From: an uncultured Gemmatimonadales bacterium
GTDB lineage: Bacteria > Gemmatimonadota > Gemmatimonadetes > Gemmatimonadales > GWC2-71-9
DNA length: 64,000 bases
NCBI GenBank assembly: GCA_963842945.1
Contig: CAWJIM010000019.1
Coordinates: forward strand, 544,001-608,000
Direction: 5' to 3'
The notes below the pieces were generated by a model. The model did no database searches and was not told the origin of the DNA. It saw only the letters and a program-made list of their open reading frames with translations. The position numbers were made by a program, and so were the translations under genes. Below, piece by piece: positions 31,122-42,237 of the stretch. Within the stretch, counting starts at the first letter, position 1, and each line of letters begins with the position of its first letter.

Positions 31122-31756
31122 GGACGATCGCCGTGCTGGGCTGTGCCTGGACCCTCCTGGCGGTGATGCCGGCCTGCGGCGCCGGCCAGGCCGGAGGAGG
31201 CGGCGCCGTGGACGCCCTGCCGCCGCCGGGCTACGGCTCGCTCAAGCAGAGCGATCTGGCGCTCGGCATGCGCAACGACGAGCTGGAGATCCGGCTGGTG
31301 CCGCTCGATCAGCGGGTCACCCGGCTGCTGACCCGCGACGCCTACGAGTCCCTGGAGAGCCTGGTGCACTCGCGCCGCGCCTCGATCGATTCGGTGGCCC
31401 GGATGTATGGCATCAGCTCGCCCGGTCTCGCGCTGGTCAGCTTCTTCGGGCAGCGCGAGGGGGCGCGCTTCGATCCCAATTCCCTCACCCTCGGCATCCG
31501 GAACCAGGTGCTTCGCGTCCGCGGGGTCGTGCCGTTCAGCCCGCGCTTCTCCAACCACCAGCTCGGGGTGCGGGAGCAGGCGAGCGGGATCTACGTCTTC
31601 GACGAGCTGCTGCCGGTGAACGACGACTTCAACTTCGCCTACCAGGGTCGGACCTCGGAGAGCTGGGGCAACAAGCAGCCCATGCTGGACCGCGAGCGGG
31701 GTCGTGTCGCCGCGCGCGCCAGGGTGACGCAGCCCGACAGCGCCGCGGCGCCCTGA
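31118..31756 (+). CDS. Hypothetical lipoprotein
   Basis: ATGA overlap with engB. Signal peptide ending MPAC. Confidence 0.7.
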   Translation: MRTIAVLGCAWTLLAVMPACGAGQAGGGGAVDALPPPGYGSLKQSDLALGMRNDELEIRLVPLDQRVTRLLTRDAYESLESLVHSRRASIDSVARMYGISSPGLALVSFFGQREGARFDPNSLTLGIRNQVLRVRGVVPFSPRFSNHQLGVREQASGIYVFDELLPVNDDFNFAYQGRTSESWGNKQPMLDRERGRVAARARVTQPDSAAAP

Positions 31757-31765
31757 GGAGTCTGT

Positions 31766-32611
31766 ATGCCCCACCTGCCCCTCCGCACCATCGCGCTGCC
31801 CGATGCCACCAACCGGGTGTACGACGCCTGGCTCGAGGAAATCGGAGGGCGGATCGCCGAGCGGGGCGCCGACTGGCCGCGCCTGACGCGCGAGGTCCTC
31901 TACCAGCTCTACTATCCCGGCTTCGGCGACTACGACGAGCGGCTCGCGGATTCCCGGACGCCGCCGGCCGCGCGCATCGCCCTCATGTCGCTCGACCCCC
32001 GCAACATCACGCTGGAGCCCGAGTACTACGCGGACGTGGACCAGGAGCGCTTCGCCCGGGTGAAGCCCCTGCTCTGGCTCTGGTACGGCTTCGACCGCTC
32101 GACCGTCGGCGGACAGAACGTGCACCTGGGGGTGCGGTTCCGGCGGATGCTCGCGAGCCATCTCTTCGCCCGTTGCGGCCGCAACTTCAAGTGCTTCCAG
32201 CACACCGAATTCACCTACGGCTACAACCTCGAGGTGGGTGACGACGTGGTGGTGCACCGCCACGTGCTGCTCGACGACCGTGGGGGGATCACGCTGGGGG
32301 ACCGGGTGAGCATCTCCGACTACGCCAACATCTACAGCCATACCCACAGCATCGTGGAGCAGAAGGACGTCACCAACGCGCGCACGGTGCTGGAGGACGA
32401 CGTCCGCATCACCTATCACGCGACGGTGCTCGCCGGGGTGCGGGTGGGCCGCAACGGGATGGTGGGCGCGGTGGCGGTCGCCACCAAGGACGTGCGGCCC
32501 TACCACGTGAACGTCGGCATCCCCGCGAAGTCCATCCGGATCAAGCCCAACGCGCCGCCCGAGGCGTACGTCACCGAGCGGGTCGCCAGGCGCGAGCCGA
32601 CGGAGTCCTAG
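31766..32611 (+). CDS. Hexapeptide-repeat acyltransferase
   Basis: LEVGDDVVV, ITLGDRVSI, VLAGVRVG and GIPAK left-handed beta-helix repeats. Confidence 0.88.
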   Translation: MPHLPLRTIALPDATNRVYDAWLEEIGGRIAERGADWPRLTREVLYQLYYPGFGDYDERLADSRTPPAARIALMSLDPRNITLEPEYYADVDQERFARVKPLLWLWYGFDRSTVGGQNVHLGVRFRRMLASHLFARCGRNFKCFQHTEFTYGYNLEVGDDVVVHRHVLLDDRGGITLGDRVSISDYANIYSHTHSIVEQKDVTNARTVLEDDVRITYHATVLAGVRVGRNGMVGAVAVATKDVRPYHVNVGIPAKSIRIKPNAPPEAYVTERVARREPTES

Positions 32612-32612
32612 C

Positions 32613-34983
32613 CTGCCCCGCCGCCGGGAGCGCTGGTACCTCTCCCCTTCCGCCATCGCCGCGTGGGCGCTCCTCGCCAGCGCCTTCATCGCGACGGCGC
32701 TCGGCGGCCTCCCCGCCGTCCTGAGCGTCGTCGCGGGACTCGCAGGAGCACTGATCGTGCTGCTGGCCGCGTGGCGCCGCGAGTGGGAGGTCCCGCTCCA
32801 TGCGGTGGCGGTGACGCTCCTCGGCGTGGTGGTGTGGTACGCCAACGAGCGGATCTGGTGGCTCGCGCTGGCCGCGGTGCTGACGGTGTCCGCCAGCTTC
32901 TGGGTGGCGATCGCGCGCGGGCGGCGGAAGGTGCGCGAGACGGAGAGCAAGAGCGAGGCGCTCGCCAGCCAGCTCGACCGCCGGATCAGCGAGCTGTTCT
33001 CGCTCCAGGAGCTGAGCTACGTGCTCTCGGAATCCATCCAGCTCGACCGGATCGTGGACCAGGTGGTCCGCTACGCCGGCCGCTTCCTCCAGACCGACGG
33101 GGCCATCGTCGTGCTGGCGGACGATGAGCGCAGTCAGCGTCTCCGCGTGGTCGCCGCGTCAGGAACGCTGGAGGCACTCCAGGGGCAGCGGGCGGAAGAG
33201 GACGACGCGGGCGCTGGTTCGATTCGCCATCAGCCGGGAGCGGATCGAGGTCGCCCAGGGCGCGCCCGAAGGCACGGTGAAGCTCATCGCGGGGGTCACG
33301 GTGCGCTCCGCGGCCGTGGCGCCGCTCCGGTCCCAGGGCGTCACCATGGGCGCGCTGGCGGTGGCGGACCGCCAGGGCGGCCCGTTCACCACCGAGGATC
33401 TCTGGCTCCTCTCCACCGTCGCCACCAATGCCTCGGTGGTGCTGGCGAACAGCCGGCTCTACGAGATCGTGCGGCAGAGCAAGGAGGAGTGGGAGACCGC
33501 GTTCGACGCGCTGACCGAGGGCATCGCCGTGGTCGGCCCCCATGGCGCCGTGCTCCGCGCCAACCGCGCGCTCGCGGCGCTCGCCGAGGTGAGCGAGGCC
33601 GAGCTGGTCGGCCTCAACTTCTGCGAGACGCTCTTCGGCAGCTCCGAGGCGGTCGAGGACCTGATCCGCGGCGCCTATCGCGGGCACCGGACCGCGCCGC
33701 TCGTGGTCCGCATGGAGCGGAACCAGCGCGTGCTCCGGCTCACCGCCGCTCCGTTCGCCGACCAGCCGGGACGAGCCCAGGCCGGCAGCCGGCCCGTGGT
33801 CATCCTGGTCGAGGATGTGACCGAGCAGCGCATCCTCGAGGCGCAGCTGATCCAGAACGACAAGATGGCCTCCATCGGCCAGCTGGTCTCGGGCGTGGCG
33901 CACGAGCTGAACAATCCCCTCACCTCCATCGCCGGCCTGACGGAGCTGCTGCTGGAGCGGGCGCCCGAGCCCAGCCTCCCCCACGAGCACCTGCGGGTGA
34001 TCCACGACCAGGCGGAGCGGGCCGGCCGGATCGTGCGCAACCTCCTCACCTTCGCCCGCAAGGGCGTGGCGGAGAAGGCAGCCGTGGACCTGAACGACGT
34101 CGCCTCCCGCACCTCGCTGCTGATCATGTACGAGCTCCAGCTCCACGGCATCGAGCTGGAGCCGGACTTCAGCGCCGAGCCCGTGGTCGTGCTGGGCGAC
34201 CGCTACGAGCTGCAGCAGGTGCTGCTCAACCTGGTGAACAACGCGGTGCACGCGGTCAGCCAGCTGGAGGCCGGACGGCCGCGCCGCATCCGGCTCGAGA
34301 CCAGGCTCCAGGGTGGGACGGCGATCCTGCGCGTGTGCGACTCGGGGCCCGGCGTTCCGCCACACCTGGTGAGCTATCTCTTCACGCCGTTCTTCACCAC
34401 CAAGGCGCCGGGCGAGGGAACCGGGCTCGGGCTCTCGCTCAGCTACGGGCTGGTGAAGGCGCACGGTGGCGAGCTGGTTTACGAGGTGCCGCCCGAGGGT
34501 GGGGCGGAGTTCCGCATCTCCCTGCCGGCCTACCGGACATCCGATCAGCAACCGGCCGCGGAGCAGCAGCCGGGGGCGCGGCCGGCCCTTCGTCGCATCC
34601 TCGTGATCGACGACGATCCCGCGGTACACCGTATGGTCAGCGCGCTGTTCACCCCGCAGGGCGCGGTGGTGGAGGCGGTCCGGTCCGGCACCCAGGGCAT
34701 CCGGATGCTGAAGGAGCGCGACTTCGATCTGGTCGTGGTGGACGCGATGGCGGCGGTGGACCCGTCCAGGCCGTTCCTGCAGGCGGTGGCGGCGGAATGT
34801 CCCGACCTCTGCGGCCGGCTGGTCGTGGGAGTGGCGGGCAACGGCGAGCTGCACGAGGCCGCGGTGCAGGCGGGGGCGCGGGGCGCGCGGAAGCCGTTCA
34901 ACCTCCGCGAGCTCAACGCCGTGGCGCAGGAGATCTTCGCTAGTACCCCGCCGCGCTCGCCGGCCGCCACGGAAGGACGCTGA
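32613..34983 (+). CDS. Membrane sensor histidine kinase (GAF-PAS-HisKA-HATPase-REC-like), frameshift near 33205
   Basis: N-terminal TM helices. AHELNNPL, LNLVNNA, DSGPG, PFFTTK, GTGLGL and ILVIDDD motifs. Start uncertain. Confidence 0.85.
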
Positions 34984-36350
34984 CGCGTCCTCGCACCCGC
35001 GCGGACGCCGCGGCGGCGTCCGCGGTCGCCCAGTAGTTCCCGCCCGCGGCCAGGTCCGGCGCGTCGATGAACCACCCGGTGGCGTGCAGGAAGACGTTGC
35101 CGGTGACTTCGGTGCCGTGCCCCACGTTGTCGATCACCAGCCCGTCCACCAGCCCGTCCAGCATGTTCCCCCGCACCCGGCTTCCGGTGGTGCCCTGCAG
35201 CAGGATCCCCTGCTCCACCCCGCCCACCACGTTGTCGTCGATCCGCTGGCCGCGACTGGCGGCGCCGCCGCGGTCCGGGGCCGTCACCATGATGCCGACC
35301 CGCCCGCCGAGCAGCACGTTGGCCTCGATCGTGTTGTCGCTGCCGTGCTCCAGGGTGATGCCCGCGATGCGCGAGCCGATCACCGTGTTCCCGCGAACCA
35401 CGCTCCCGTTCAGATGGTCCAGGCGGAAGCCGATGGTGGCGCTGTCGCCCCGGTTCTCCAGGAAGGTCAGGTTCCAGGTGTGGCCCGCGGCGAAGGCCAC
35501 CCCGCTCCCCGAGGCGTCGTTCCGCAGGACCAGGTTGCCGACCGAGGCCCGGGTGAGCGGCGATTGACCGGTGATCCGGAGCCCCGTGCTCGAGCCGCTG
35601 AGATCGTTCTCGGTGATCGTGTTCGAGTCGCTCCCCTCGCGGAGCAGGATCGCGGCGGCGTTGCAATCCACCGTCGTGGGCGCGCACCGCACGGTGCGCT
35701 GCAGCTGGTTGCGGATGACCACGTTCCGCGAGGAGCGCCAGAGGCTGATGCCCCATCCGGTGTTGCCGCGGATCTCGTTGTCCGCGACGTAGCTTCCCCG
35801 GGCGTCGATCAGGCCGATGCCGTTCTGCGCCTCCTTCGCGGTCACCCCCGTGACGCTGGCGTCGGTGGTTCGCACGAGCACCAGCCCGGCCCCCGCCTCG
35901 ATGAATGGAGCCAGCCGGAAGGGATTGAGCCGGTCGGCGGTGTCCGGCCGGGTAGGGGAGCGAAGCGGCGTCGTCCGGCTCCCGGACAGCTCGGTCCCGC
36001 GCACCTGGTGTCCCGCGCCACCCTCCAGCCGGAGACCGATGCGGTAGCCGCGGATCGTCCCGCCCAGGACGGAGACACGGTCCACGTCCTTGCTGGTGAT
36101 GCCGATCCCGGTGAAGCGCGACGGCACCGAGTCACCGCTCTCCAGCACCACGCCGGTGAGGTCGATGCGGGTGCCGGAGGCCGCCGCGACGATCACGCCG
36201 CGCTCGGAAGGGTCGGCGATCCGATAGCGGCCGGGGCACACTCGCACCTCGCCCTGCACCTGGGTGCCGGCCCGCGACGGCCGGAGACACGGCGCGCACG
36301 ATGGAGGCACCGGCGAGCATCGTGAGGGCGAGCGAGAGGGTCAGCATCAT
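34940..36350 (-). CDS. Secreted right-handed parallel beta-helix (NosD-like) protein, frameshift near 36290
   Basis: Repeated NxIxGN/GIxL units. Signal peptide [12 protein letters not shown] in an adjacent frame. Confidence 0.75.
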
Positions 36351-37099
36351 GGCCGCACCGGGTAGCCGCGCTCCCGGAGGAACGCGCGAGCCTCGGGGAG
36401 CGAGGAGCCGCGGAAGTGAAAGATGGTCGCGGCGAGCACGCCGTGCGCCCCGGCCTCGAGCGCCTCCGCCAGGTGCGCCAGCGTGCCTGCGCCGCCCGAG
36501 GCGATGATGGGGATGCCCACCGCCCCCGCCGCGTCGCGCAACAGCGCCAGATCATAGCCGGTGCCGGTGCCGTCTCGATCCATCGACGTGAGCAGGATCT
36601 CGCCCGCGCCGCGCGACTCGAGCTCACGCATCCAGGTCACCGCCTCGAGCGGGGTCTCTTCCCGACCTCCGTTCACCATCACGGCGAGCCGGCCGTTCAC
36701 CCGCCGCGCATCCACCGCGGCGACGATGCACTGGCTCCCGAAGCTGTCCGCCAGCCGGGAGACCAGCGATGGGTCGCGCACGGCGGCGGTGTTCACCGAC
36801 ACCTTGTCGGCGCCCGCGCGCAGCGCGCCGCCGGCATCCGCCACGGAGCGGATGCCTCCACCCACCGTGAACGGGATGAAGATCGAGTCGGCGACCCGCG
36901 CCACCATCTCCAGGGTGGTGCGGCGCTCGTCGGGGCTGGCGGAGATGTCGAGGAACACCAGCTCGTCGGCGCCTTCGGCGTCGTAGCGGGCGGCCTGTTC
37001 CACCGGATCGCCGGCGTCGCGGAGGGACTCGAAGTGCACGCCCTTCACCACGCGGCCTCCCGCCACGTCGAGGCAGGGAATGATCCGCCGGGCTAGCAT
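36347..37099 (-). CDS. hisF: Imidazole glycerol phosphate synthase cyclase subunit
   Basis: [35 protein letters not shown] and IASGGAG motifs. Confidence 0.97.
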   Translation of the reverse strand: MLARRIIPCLDVAGGRVVKGVHFESLRDAGDPVEQAARYDAEGADELVFLDISASPDERRTTLEMVARVADSIFIPFTVGGGIRSVADAGGALRAGADKVSVNTAAVRDPSLVSRLADSFGSQCIVAAVDARRVNGRLAVMVNGGREETPLEAVTWMRELESRGAGEILLTSMDRDGTGTGYDLALLRDAAGAVGIPIIASGGAGTLAHLAEALEAGAHGVLAATIFHFRGSSLPEARAFLRERGYPVRP

Positions 37100-37560
37100 A
37101 TCCGGAGCACGTCCTCCACCGCCCCGCCGTCGCCCGAGCCGAGCAGCTGCACGGCGTCCTCGAGGGCGCGCCGCTCGCGCGGCCAGGCGAATCGGGCCCC
37201 CGCCTCCGCCGGCGTCAGCCACTCGTGCGCGTTGTGCTCCGGGCCGAGCCGCACCGCGATCTCCGGAGGGACGAAGGCGACGAAGACCGGCACCAGTGCC
37301 ACCTCGTCCTTGCGGTGCTGGTAGAAGGTCTCGACCCGGCTCAGGTTGTAGAGCCGCTCCGGCACCAGTCCCGTCTCCTCCTGCAGCTCTCGCGCGGCCG
37401 CGTCGGCCGGGTGCTCGCCTTCCTCGATGTGCCCGTGCACCGTCTCCCACGAGCCCGGACACCGGCCCCCCGGGGCCCGGCGAAGGACCAGGCACCGCAG
37501 CCCCGCTCCATCCCGACGGAGGACGTATACGTCCACCAGTGAGACACGCACCGAGGTCAT
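37093..37560 (-). CDS. NUDIX hydrolase (NudB-like)
   Basis: GHIEEGE...[12 protein letters not shown]udix box and EHNAHEWL. Confidence 0.88.
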   Translation of the reverse strand: MTSVRVSLVDVYVLRRDGAGLRCLVLRRAPGGRCPGSWETVHGHIEEGEHPADAAARELQEETGLVPERLYNLSRVETFYQHRKDEVALVPVFVAFVPPEIAVRLGPEHNAHEWLTPAEAGARFAWPRERRALEDAVQLLGSGDGGAVEDVLRIC

Positions 37561-38180
37561 GGGGCCCAGCGCGCGAATGCGTCCAGCAGCTCGATGCCTG
37601 CCCGCTGGGATTTCTCGGGGTGGAACTGCGCCCCGATCACCGGTCCCCGCCCCACGATGGTGGGGAAGGTCGCCCCGTATTCCCCGGTGCCGAGCACCGA
37701 CTCGGGGGGAAGGTCGCTGGGGTGGTAGCTGTGCACGTGGTAGAAGAACCGCGGCTCTCCGGCGAAGAGCGGCCCCAGCATCGGATGGACTCGCCCCCAC
37801 TCCGTGAGGTCCACTTGCGCCCAACCCACGTGCGGCACGTGGAGCGAGGTCACGAAGCGCCGCACTCGGCCGGCGAGGAGCCCGATGCCCCGCGCCTCGG
37901 GCGCCTCCTCGCTGGTCTCGAACAGCAGCTGGAGTCCCAGGCAGATCCCCATCACCGGCCGGCCCGCCGCGGCGACTTCGCGGACCGCCTCGCCCAGGCC
38001 GGTGGTGGAGAGGTTCCGGGTGCCCTGGCCGAAGTTGCCGACGCCCGGCACCAGCACCCGGTCCGCCGCACGCACTTCATCGGGATCGGCGGTGAGCGTG
38101 CCCTCGTGGCCGCCGGCCTCGAGCGCGCGGACCACGCTCTTCAGGTTGTTCACCCCATAGTCCACTACCGCGATCGTCAC
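37557..38180 (-). CDS. hisH: Imidazole glycerol phosphate synthase glutaminase subunit
   Basis: VVDYG, PGVG, GICLGLQ, PHVGW, VHSY and QFHPEKS motifs. Confidence 0.96.
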   Translation of the reverse strand: MTIAVVDYGVNNLKSVVRALEAGGHEGTLTADPDEVRAADRVLVPGVGNFGQGTRNLSTTGLGEAVREVAAAGRPVMGICLGLQLLFETSEEAPEARGIGLLAGRVRRFVTSLHVPHVGWAQVDLTEWGRVHPMLGPLFAGEPRFFYHVHSYHPSDLPPESVLGTGEYGATFPTIVGRGPVIGAQFHPEKSQRAGIELLDAFARWAP

Positions 38181-38770
38181 AGCGCCCCCTTGGTGGACGG
38201 CACGCCCGCCACCCGCGGATCGAGGGACGTGGCCGCGTCGAGCGCCCGGGCGAACGCCTTGAACGCCGCCTCCACGATGTGATGCGGGTTGTCGCCGCGC
38301 ACCAGGTCGAGGTGCGCGGTGAGCCCCGCGTTGAGCACCAGCGCCCGGAAGAATTCGGGCGTGAGGAAGACGTCGTAGTCCCCCAGCATCTGCCACTTGG
38401 GGATCTCGATGTCGTAGTGGATGTAAGGGCGGCCCGAGACGTCCACCACCGCTCGCACCAGCGCGTCGTCCAGCGGGACGAGAGCGTCGCCGTACCGCCT
38501 GATCCCGGCCCGGTCGCCCAGCGCCCGGGCGATCGCGGTGCCGAGTGCGATCCCGGTGTCCTCGACCGTATGGTGCCCGTCCACGTGGAGATCGCCCTGC
38601 GCCTCCACCGTGAGATCGAGCAGCCCGTGCCGCGCGAGCGCCTCCAGCATGTGGTCGAAGAAGCCGATGCCGGTCTTCACCCGGGCCTCGCCTCGGCCGT
38701 CGAGGCCGACCCGCACGAAGAGATCGGTCTCCTTGGTCGTGCGACGGATCTCCGCCACTCGCTCGCTCAC
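38177..38770 (-). CDS. hisB: Imidazoleglycerol-phosphate dehydratase
   Basis: RTTKET, TGIGFFDHML, DGHHTVED, NPHHIVEAAFKA and PSTKG motifs. Confidence 0.97.
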   Translation of the reverse strand: MSERVAEIRRTTKETDLFVRVGLDGRGEARVKTGIGFFDHMLEALARHGLLDLTVEAQGDLHVDGHHTVEDTGIALGTAIARALGDRAGIRRYGDALVPLDDALVRAVVDVSGRPYIHYDIEIPKWQMLGDYDVFLTPEFFRALVLNAGLTAHLDLVRGDNPHHIVEAAFKAFARALDAATSLDPRVAGVPSTKGAL

Positions 38771-39942
38771 CGCGCCTCCCGGCCGAGGATCCGCGACAAC
38801 CCGTCGAGCACCGCGTCCATGTCCTCCTCCGTGCCGATCGAGATCCGCAGGCACTCCGCCAGCTCGACGGAGCCGGAGACGTCTCGCACCAGGATGCCGT
38901 GCTCCTCGTGCAGCCGGCGGAACACCTCCCCCGCGGGACGCGCCCGGCAGCGGATCAGCACGAAGTTGGCCGCGGTGGGGAAAACGTCGATCCCCGGGAT
39001 CGCGGCGAGGCGAGGAAGGAATCGGTCGCGGGTCTCGGCGATCGCCCGGGTCCGCGCGCCGAGCAGCTCGGCGTGGTCGAGCGCGACTTCGGCGGCGGCC
39101 AGCGTGATCAGGTTCACGTTGTAGGGAAGCTTCCCCTTGGCCAGCTCCCCCGCCACCGCGGGGTGTGCCAGCGCCAGCCCGAACCGCAGCCCCGCCATGC
39201 CCATCGCCTTGGAGAACGTGCGCAGCACCACCACCCGCGAGGTGCGGCGCAGCAGTGGAATCGCCGTGGGCCCGCCGAAGTCCTGGTACGCCTCGTCGCA
39301 CACGACCAGCGCGCCGGTCTCGGCGAGGATGCGCTCCACCGCGCCCTCGGCCAGGGCGGAGCCGGTCGGGTTGTTGGGCGAGTTGAGCACGACCACCCGT
39401 GCCCGCTCCCGGACGGCGGTCTCCACGATCCGGTCCACGTCGAACTCGAACTGCTGGCCCAGGGGCACCGGGACGTAGCGGCCGCCGAGGACGCCGGTGA
39501 GCAAGCGGTAGAGCGAGAAAGTCGGCGAAGGCGCCACGACCGCGTCGCCGGAGGCCAGGACGACCGCGAGCGTCGCCTGGATCAGCTCGTTGGACCCGTT
39601 GCCGGCCACCACACCGTCGGGGATCCAGCCGTAGTGCGCCGCGAGACGCTCGACCAGCCCCGTGGGCACGAACTCGGGATAACGCTGCCACGGCGCGGCG
39701 GCGGCCCGCTCGAGCACCGCCTGCTTCAGCTCGGGCGGGAAGTCGTAGGGGCACTCGTTCTGGTTGAGCTTTCGGCGGGTGGGCAGCGCTCGGAGCGTGT
39801 ATCCCGCCTGCGACCGAACGCCGGGCTTCACCAGCGCGAGGCCGTCCACTGGGTCAGGAAGCGCTTCCCCCGGGCCGGTGGAGTCGCGAGTGATCGGTCG
39901 GACGGGGGTGGAGGAGGTGGCGGTGAGCGGCGGCCTGGTCAA
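38767..39942 (-). CDS. hisC: Histidinol-phosphate aminotransferase (start uncertain)
   Basis: KLNQNE, GNGSNELI, SPNNPTG, DEAY and RTFSKAMGMAGLR motifs. Confidence 0.93.
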   Translation of the reverse strand: MTRPPLTATSSTPVRPITRDSTGPGEALPDPVDGLALVKPGVRSQAGYTLRALPTRRKLNQNECPYDFPPELKQAVLERAAAAPWQRYPEFVPTGLVERLAAHYGWIPDGVVAGNGSNELIQATLAVVLASGDAVVAPSPTFSLYRLLTGVLGGRYVPVPLGQQFEFDVDRIVETAVRERARVVVLNSPNNPTGSALAEGAVERILAETGALVVCDEAYQDFGGPTAIPLLRRTSRVVVLRTFSKAMGMAGLRFGLALAHPAVAGELAKGKLPYNVNLITLAAAEVALDHAELLGARTRAIAETRDRFLPRLAAIPGIDVFPTAANFVLIRCRARPAGEVFRRLHEEHGILVRDVSGSVELAECLRISIGTEEDMDAVLDGLSRILGREAR

Positions 39943-42176
39943 GCGCGGTGGCGGCCGAGGACCGCCTCGAGCCGTGCCGACAGGGCCTTGGCCCGGAACG
40001 GCTTGGTGATGAAGTCGTCGGCGCCGAGCTCGAACACCCGCACCTCGTTGTCCTCGTCGCCCTTGGCGGTGAGGACCACGACCGGAATCGCCCGGGTGGC
40101 GGGCCGGGAGCGGAGTTGGGTGAGCACGCTGTAGCCGTCGATGCCGGGCAGGTTGAGATCGAGGATGATCACGTCCGGCGCCAACCGATCCACCTGGTCC
40201 AGCGCCTGGACGCCGTCGCGCGCCTCGGCGACGGTGTAGCCCTCGCGCTCCAGCAGGTCCTTCATCACCCGGCGGAGCTGTTCCTCGTCCTCCACCAGGA
40301 GCACGCAGGTTCCCGCGCCCCGCGCGGCGGCCGGCGCGGCCCCGTCCGAGGGATCGTCCACCAGCTCCAGCTCTTCCGCGAAGTCGAGCGCGAGCGACGA
40401 ATCCGTCTTCGCCGGCGCGGGAGGCGCCGCCGCTGCGGCGGCAGGCGGAGCGGCGGTCCGAGCGCGGGGAGCTGGCGCACGGCGGGGCTCCTCCTCGACG
40501 GGCACGTCCGCGACCCGCAGCAGCTCCTCCAGCGTCGAGTCTCCGGCGAGCACGTGCCGCAGCCCGCTGTCGAACAGCGAGCGCATGCCGTTGGCCCGCG
40601 CCGCCTCCGCGATCAGGTCGGCGGTGGACCCCTGGCCGATCCGCCGTTCCAGCTCGGAGTTCATGGTCAGCACTTCCATGATGCTGAAGCGGCCGCGGTA
40701 CCCGGTCGTGGCGCACTCGGGGCAGCCGACGGCACGGAGCAGCTTCGCCCCCGGCGGGATGAACCGGGCGAGCTGCTCCGGCACAGGCGCTTCCCGTGGC
40801 TCGAAGCAGGCCTTGCAGAGCCGCCGCATCAGCCGCTGGGCGACCACGCCGCGAAGGGCGGAGGCGATCTTGTAGGGCTCCATGCCCATGTCCACCAGTC
40901 GCGTCACGACATTGGGCGCATCGTTGGTATGGAGCGTGGAGAGCACCAGGTGGCCGGTGAGCGAGGCCTGGAGCGCGATCTGCGCCGTCTCCTTGTCGCG
41001 GATCTCGCCCACCAGCACGACGTCGGGGTCCTGCCGCAGAATCGACCGCAGCGCCGAGGCGAAGGTGAGCCCGGCTTTGTCGTGCACCTGGACCTGGACG
41101 ATGTTCTGCCCCAGGCGGTACTCGACCGGGTCTTCCACCGTCACGATGTTGACGCCCTCGTTCTGGACCAGGCTCAACGCGGAGTACAGGGTGGTGGTCT
41201 TGCCCGAGCCGGTGGGCCCGGTGACCAGGATGATCCCTTCCTTGTGTGTGAGCAGTCGCTTGACCGCCTCCTGCTCGTCCGGGTGCATTCCCAGCGACTC
41301 CAGGTTCAGCACCGTGGTCCGCTGGCTCAGGATCCGGATGACCACCTTCTCGCCCAGGGAGGCCGGCAGGGTGGAAACCCGGAGGTCCACCGGCTCGCCG
41401 TTCACCGAGACCCGGGCGCGTCCGTCCTGCGGCCGCAGGCGGTCCGCGATGTCGAGCCCGGACATGATCTTGATCCGGGAGATGAGAGGGAGCCCGGCGT
41501 TGCGTGGCACCTTCATGACCTGGCGCAGCACCCCGTCGATGCGATAGCGCACTACCACCCCGCCCTCGATCGGCTCCACGTGGATGTCGCTGGCCCGGCT
41601 CACGACGCCGTCGGCCAGCATCATGTCCACCAGGCGGATGATGGGCCGCTGGCTCGCCTCCTCCGCGGTGGCGTACTCCGCCTCCTCTTCGGAGAGCTCC
41701 TTGACCTCCATCTCCTCGTCGATGCCGGCCAGGAGGCGGGAGACGATCTCCTCGCCGCTGCGATAGATCTCGTCCAGCTTCGCCCTGAGTCTGCCGGGCG
41801 ACGCGAGCAGCATCCGCACTTCTCGCCCGGTGGCGAAGGCCAGCATTTTCTCGGCGTCGATGTCGAACGGATTGGCGGTGGCCACCTCGAGGTAGGAGTC
41901 GGTCTGGCCCACCGGGACGACGGTGAACCGCCGGGCGAGCTGCTCGGGGATGACGCCGGTGACCCGGGCATCGACTTGGGAGAGGTCGGCGACCGGGAGG
42001 CGGAACCGGGCGGCGATGGCGCTGAGCACCTGGTCGTCGGTCACCATCCGCCGTTGCACCGCGGTCTCCCACAGCGACACCGGCGCCGGCGCGACCTCCT
42101 GGCGCAGTGCGGCCAGCGCGTCAGCGGGGAGCAACGGCTCGACGGTGGGGACCAGCCATTCGTCCAGAAACTGCAT
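39939..42176 (-). CDS. GspE/PilB-family ATPase with C-terminal receiver domain
   Basis: ASDIHVEP, GPTGSGKTTTLY, LRQDPDVVLVGEIRD, STLHTN and CxxC...CPEC, then REC (LLVEDE, LDLNLP, ADDFITKPF). Confidence 0.92.
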   Translation of the reverse strand: MQFLDEWLVPTVEPLLPADALAALRQEVAPAPVSLWETAVQRRMVTDDQVLSAIAARFRLPVADLSQVDARVTGVIPEQLARRFTVVPVGQTDSYLEVATANPFDIDAEKMLAFATGREVRMLLASPGRLRAKLDEIYRSGEEIVSRLLAGIDEEMEVKELSEEEAEYATAEEASQRPIIRLVDMMLADGVVSRASDIHVEPIEGGVVVRYRIDGVLRQVMKVPRNAGLPLISRIKIMSGLDIADRLRPQDGRARVSVNGEPVDLRVSTLPASLGEKVVIRILSQRTTVLNLESLGMHPDEQEAVKRLLTHKEGIILVTGPTGSGKTTTLYSALSLVQNEGVNIVTVEDPVEYRLGQNIVQVQVHDKAGLTFASALRSILRQDPDVVLVGEIRDKETAQIALQASLTGHLVLSTLHTNDAPNVVTRLVDMGMEPYKIASALRGVVAQRLMRRLCKACFEPREAPVPEQLARFIPPGAKLLRAVGCPECATTGYRGRFSIMEVLTMNSELERRIGQGSTADLIAEAARANGMRSLFDSGLRHVLAGDSTLEELLRVADVPVEEEPRRAPAPRARTAAPPAAAAAAPPAPAKTDSSLALDFAEELELVDDPSDGAAPAAARGAGTCVLLVEDEEQLRRVMKDLLEREGYTVAEARDGVQALDQVDRLAPDVIILDLNLPGIDGYSVLTQLRSRPATRAIPVVVLTAKGDEDNEVRVFELGADDFITKPFRAKALSARLEAVLGRHRA

Positions 42177-42237
42177 CAAGCGGCTCGGGGAAGTTGCGGA
42201 GCGTGGAAATGTAGCCGGGACCACTGGTTGGGCGCCA

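Noticed and set aside
38767..42072. 1101-aa hisC fusion protein
   Set aside because: The N-terminal roughly 710 aa is an Arg/Gly/Pro-rich alternative frame of the PilB-like gene; only the last roughly 390 aa is HisC.
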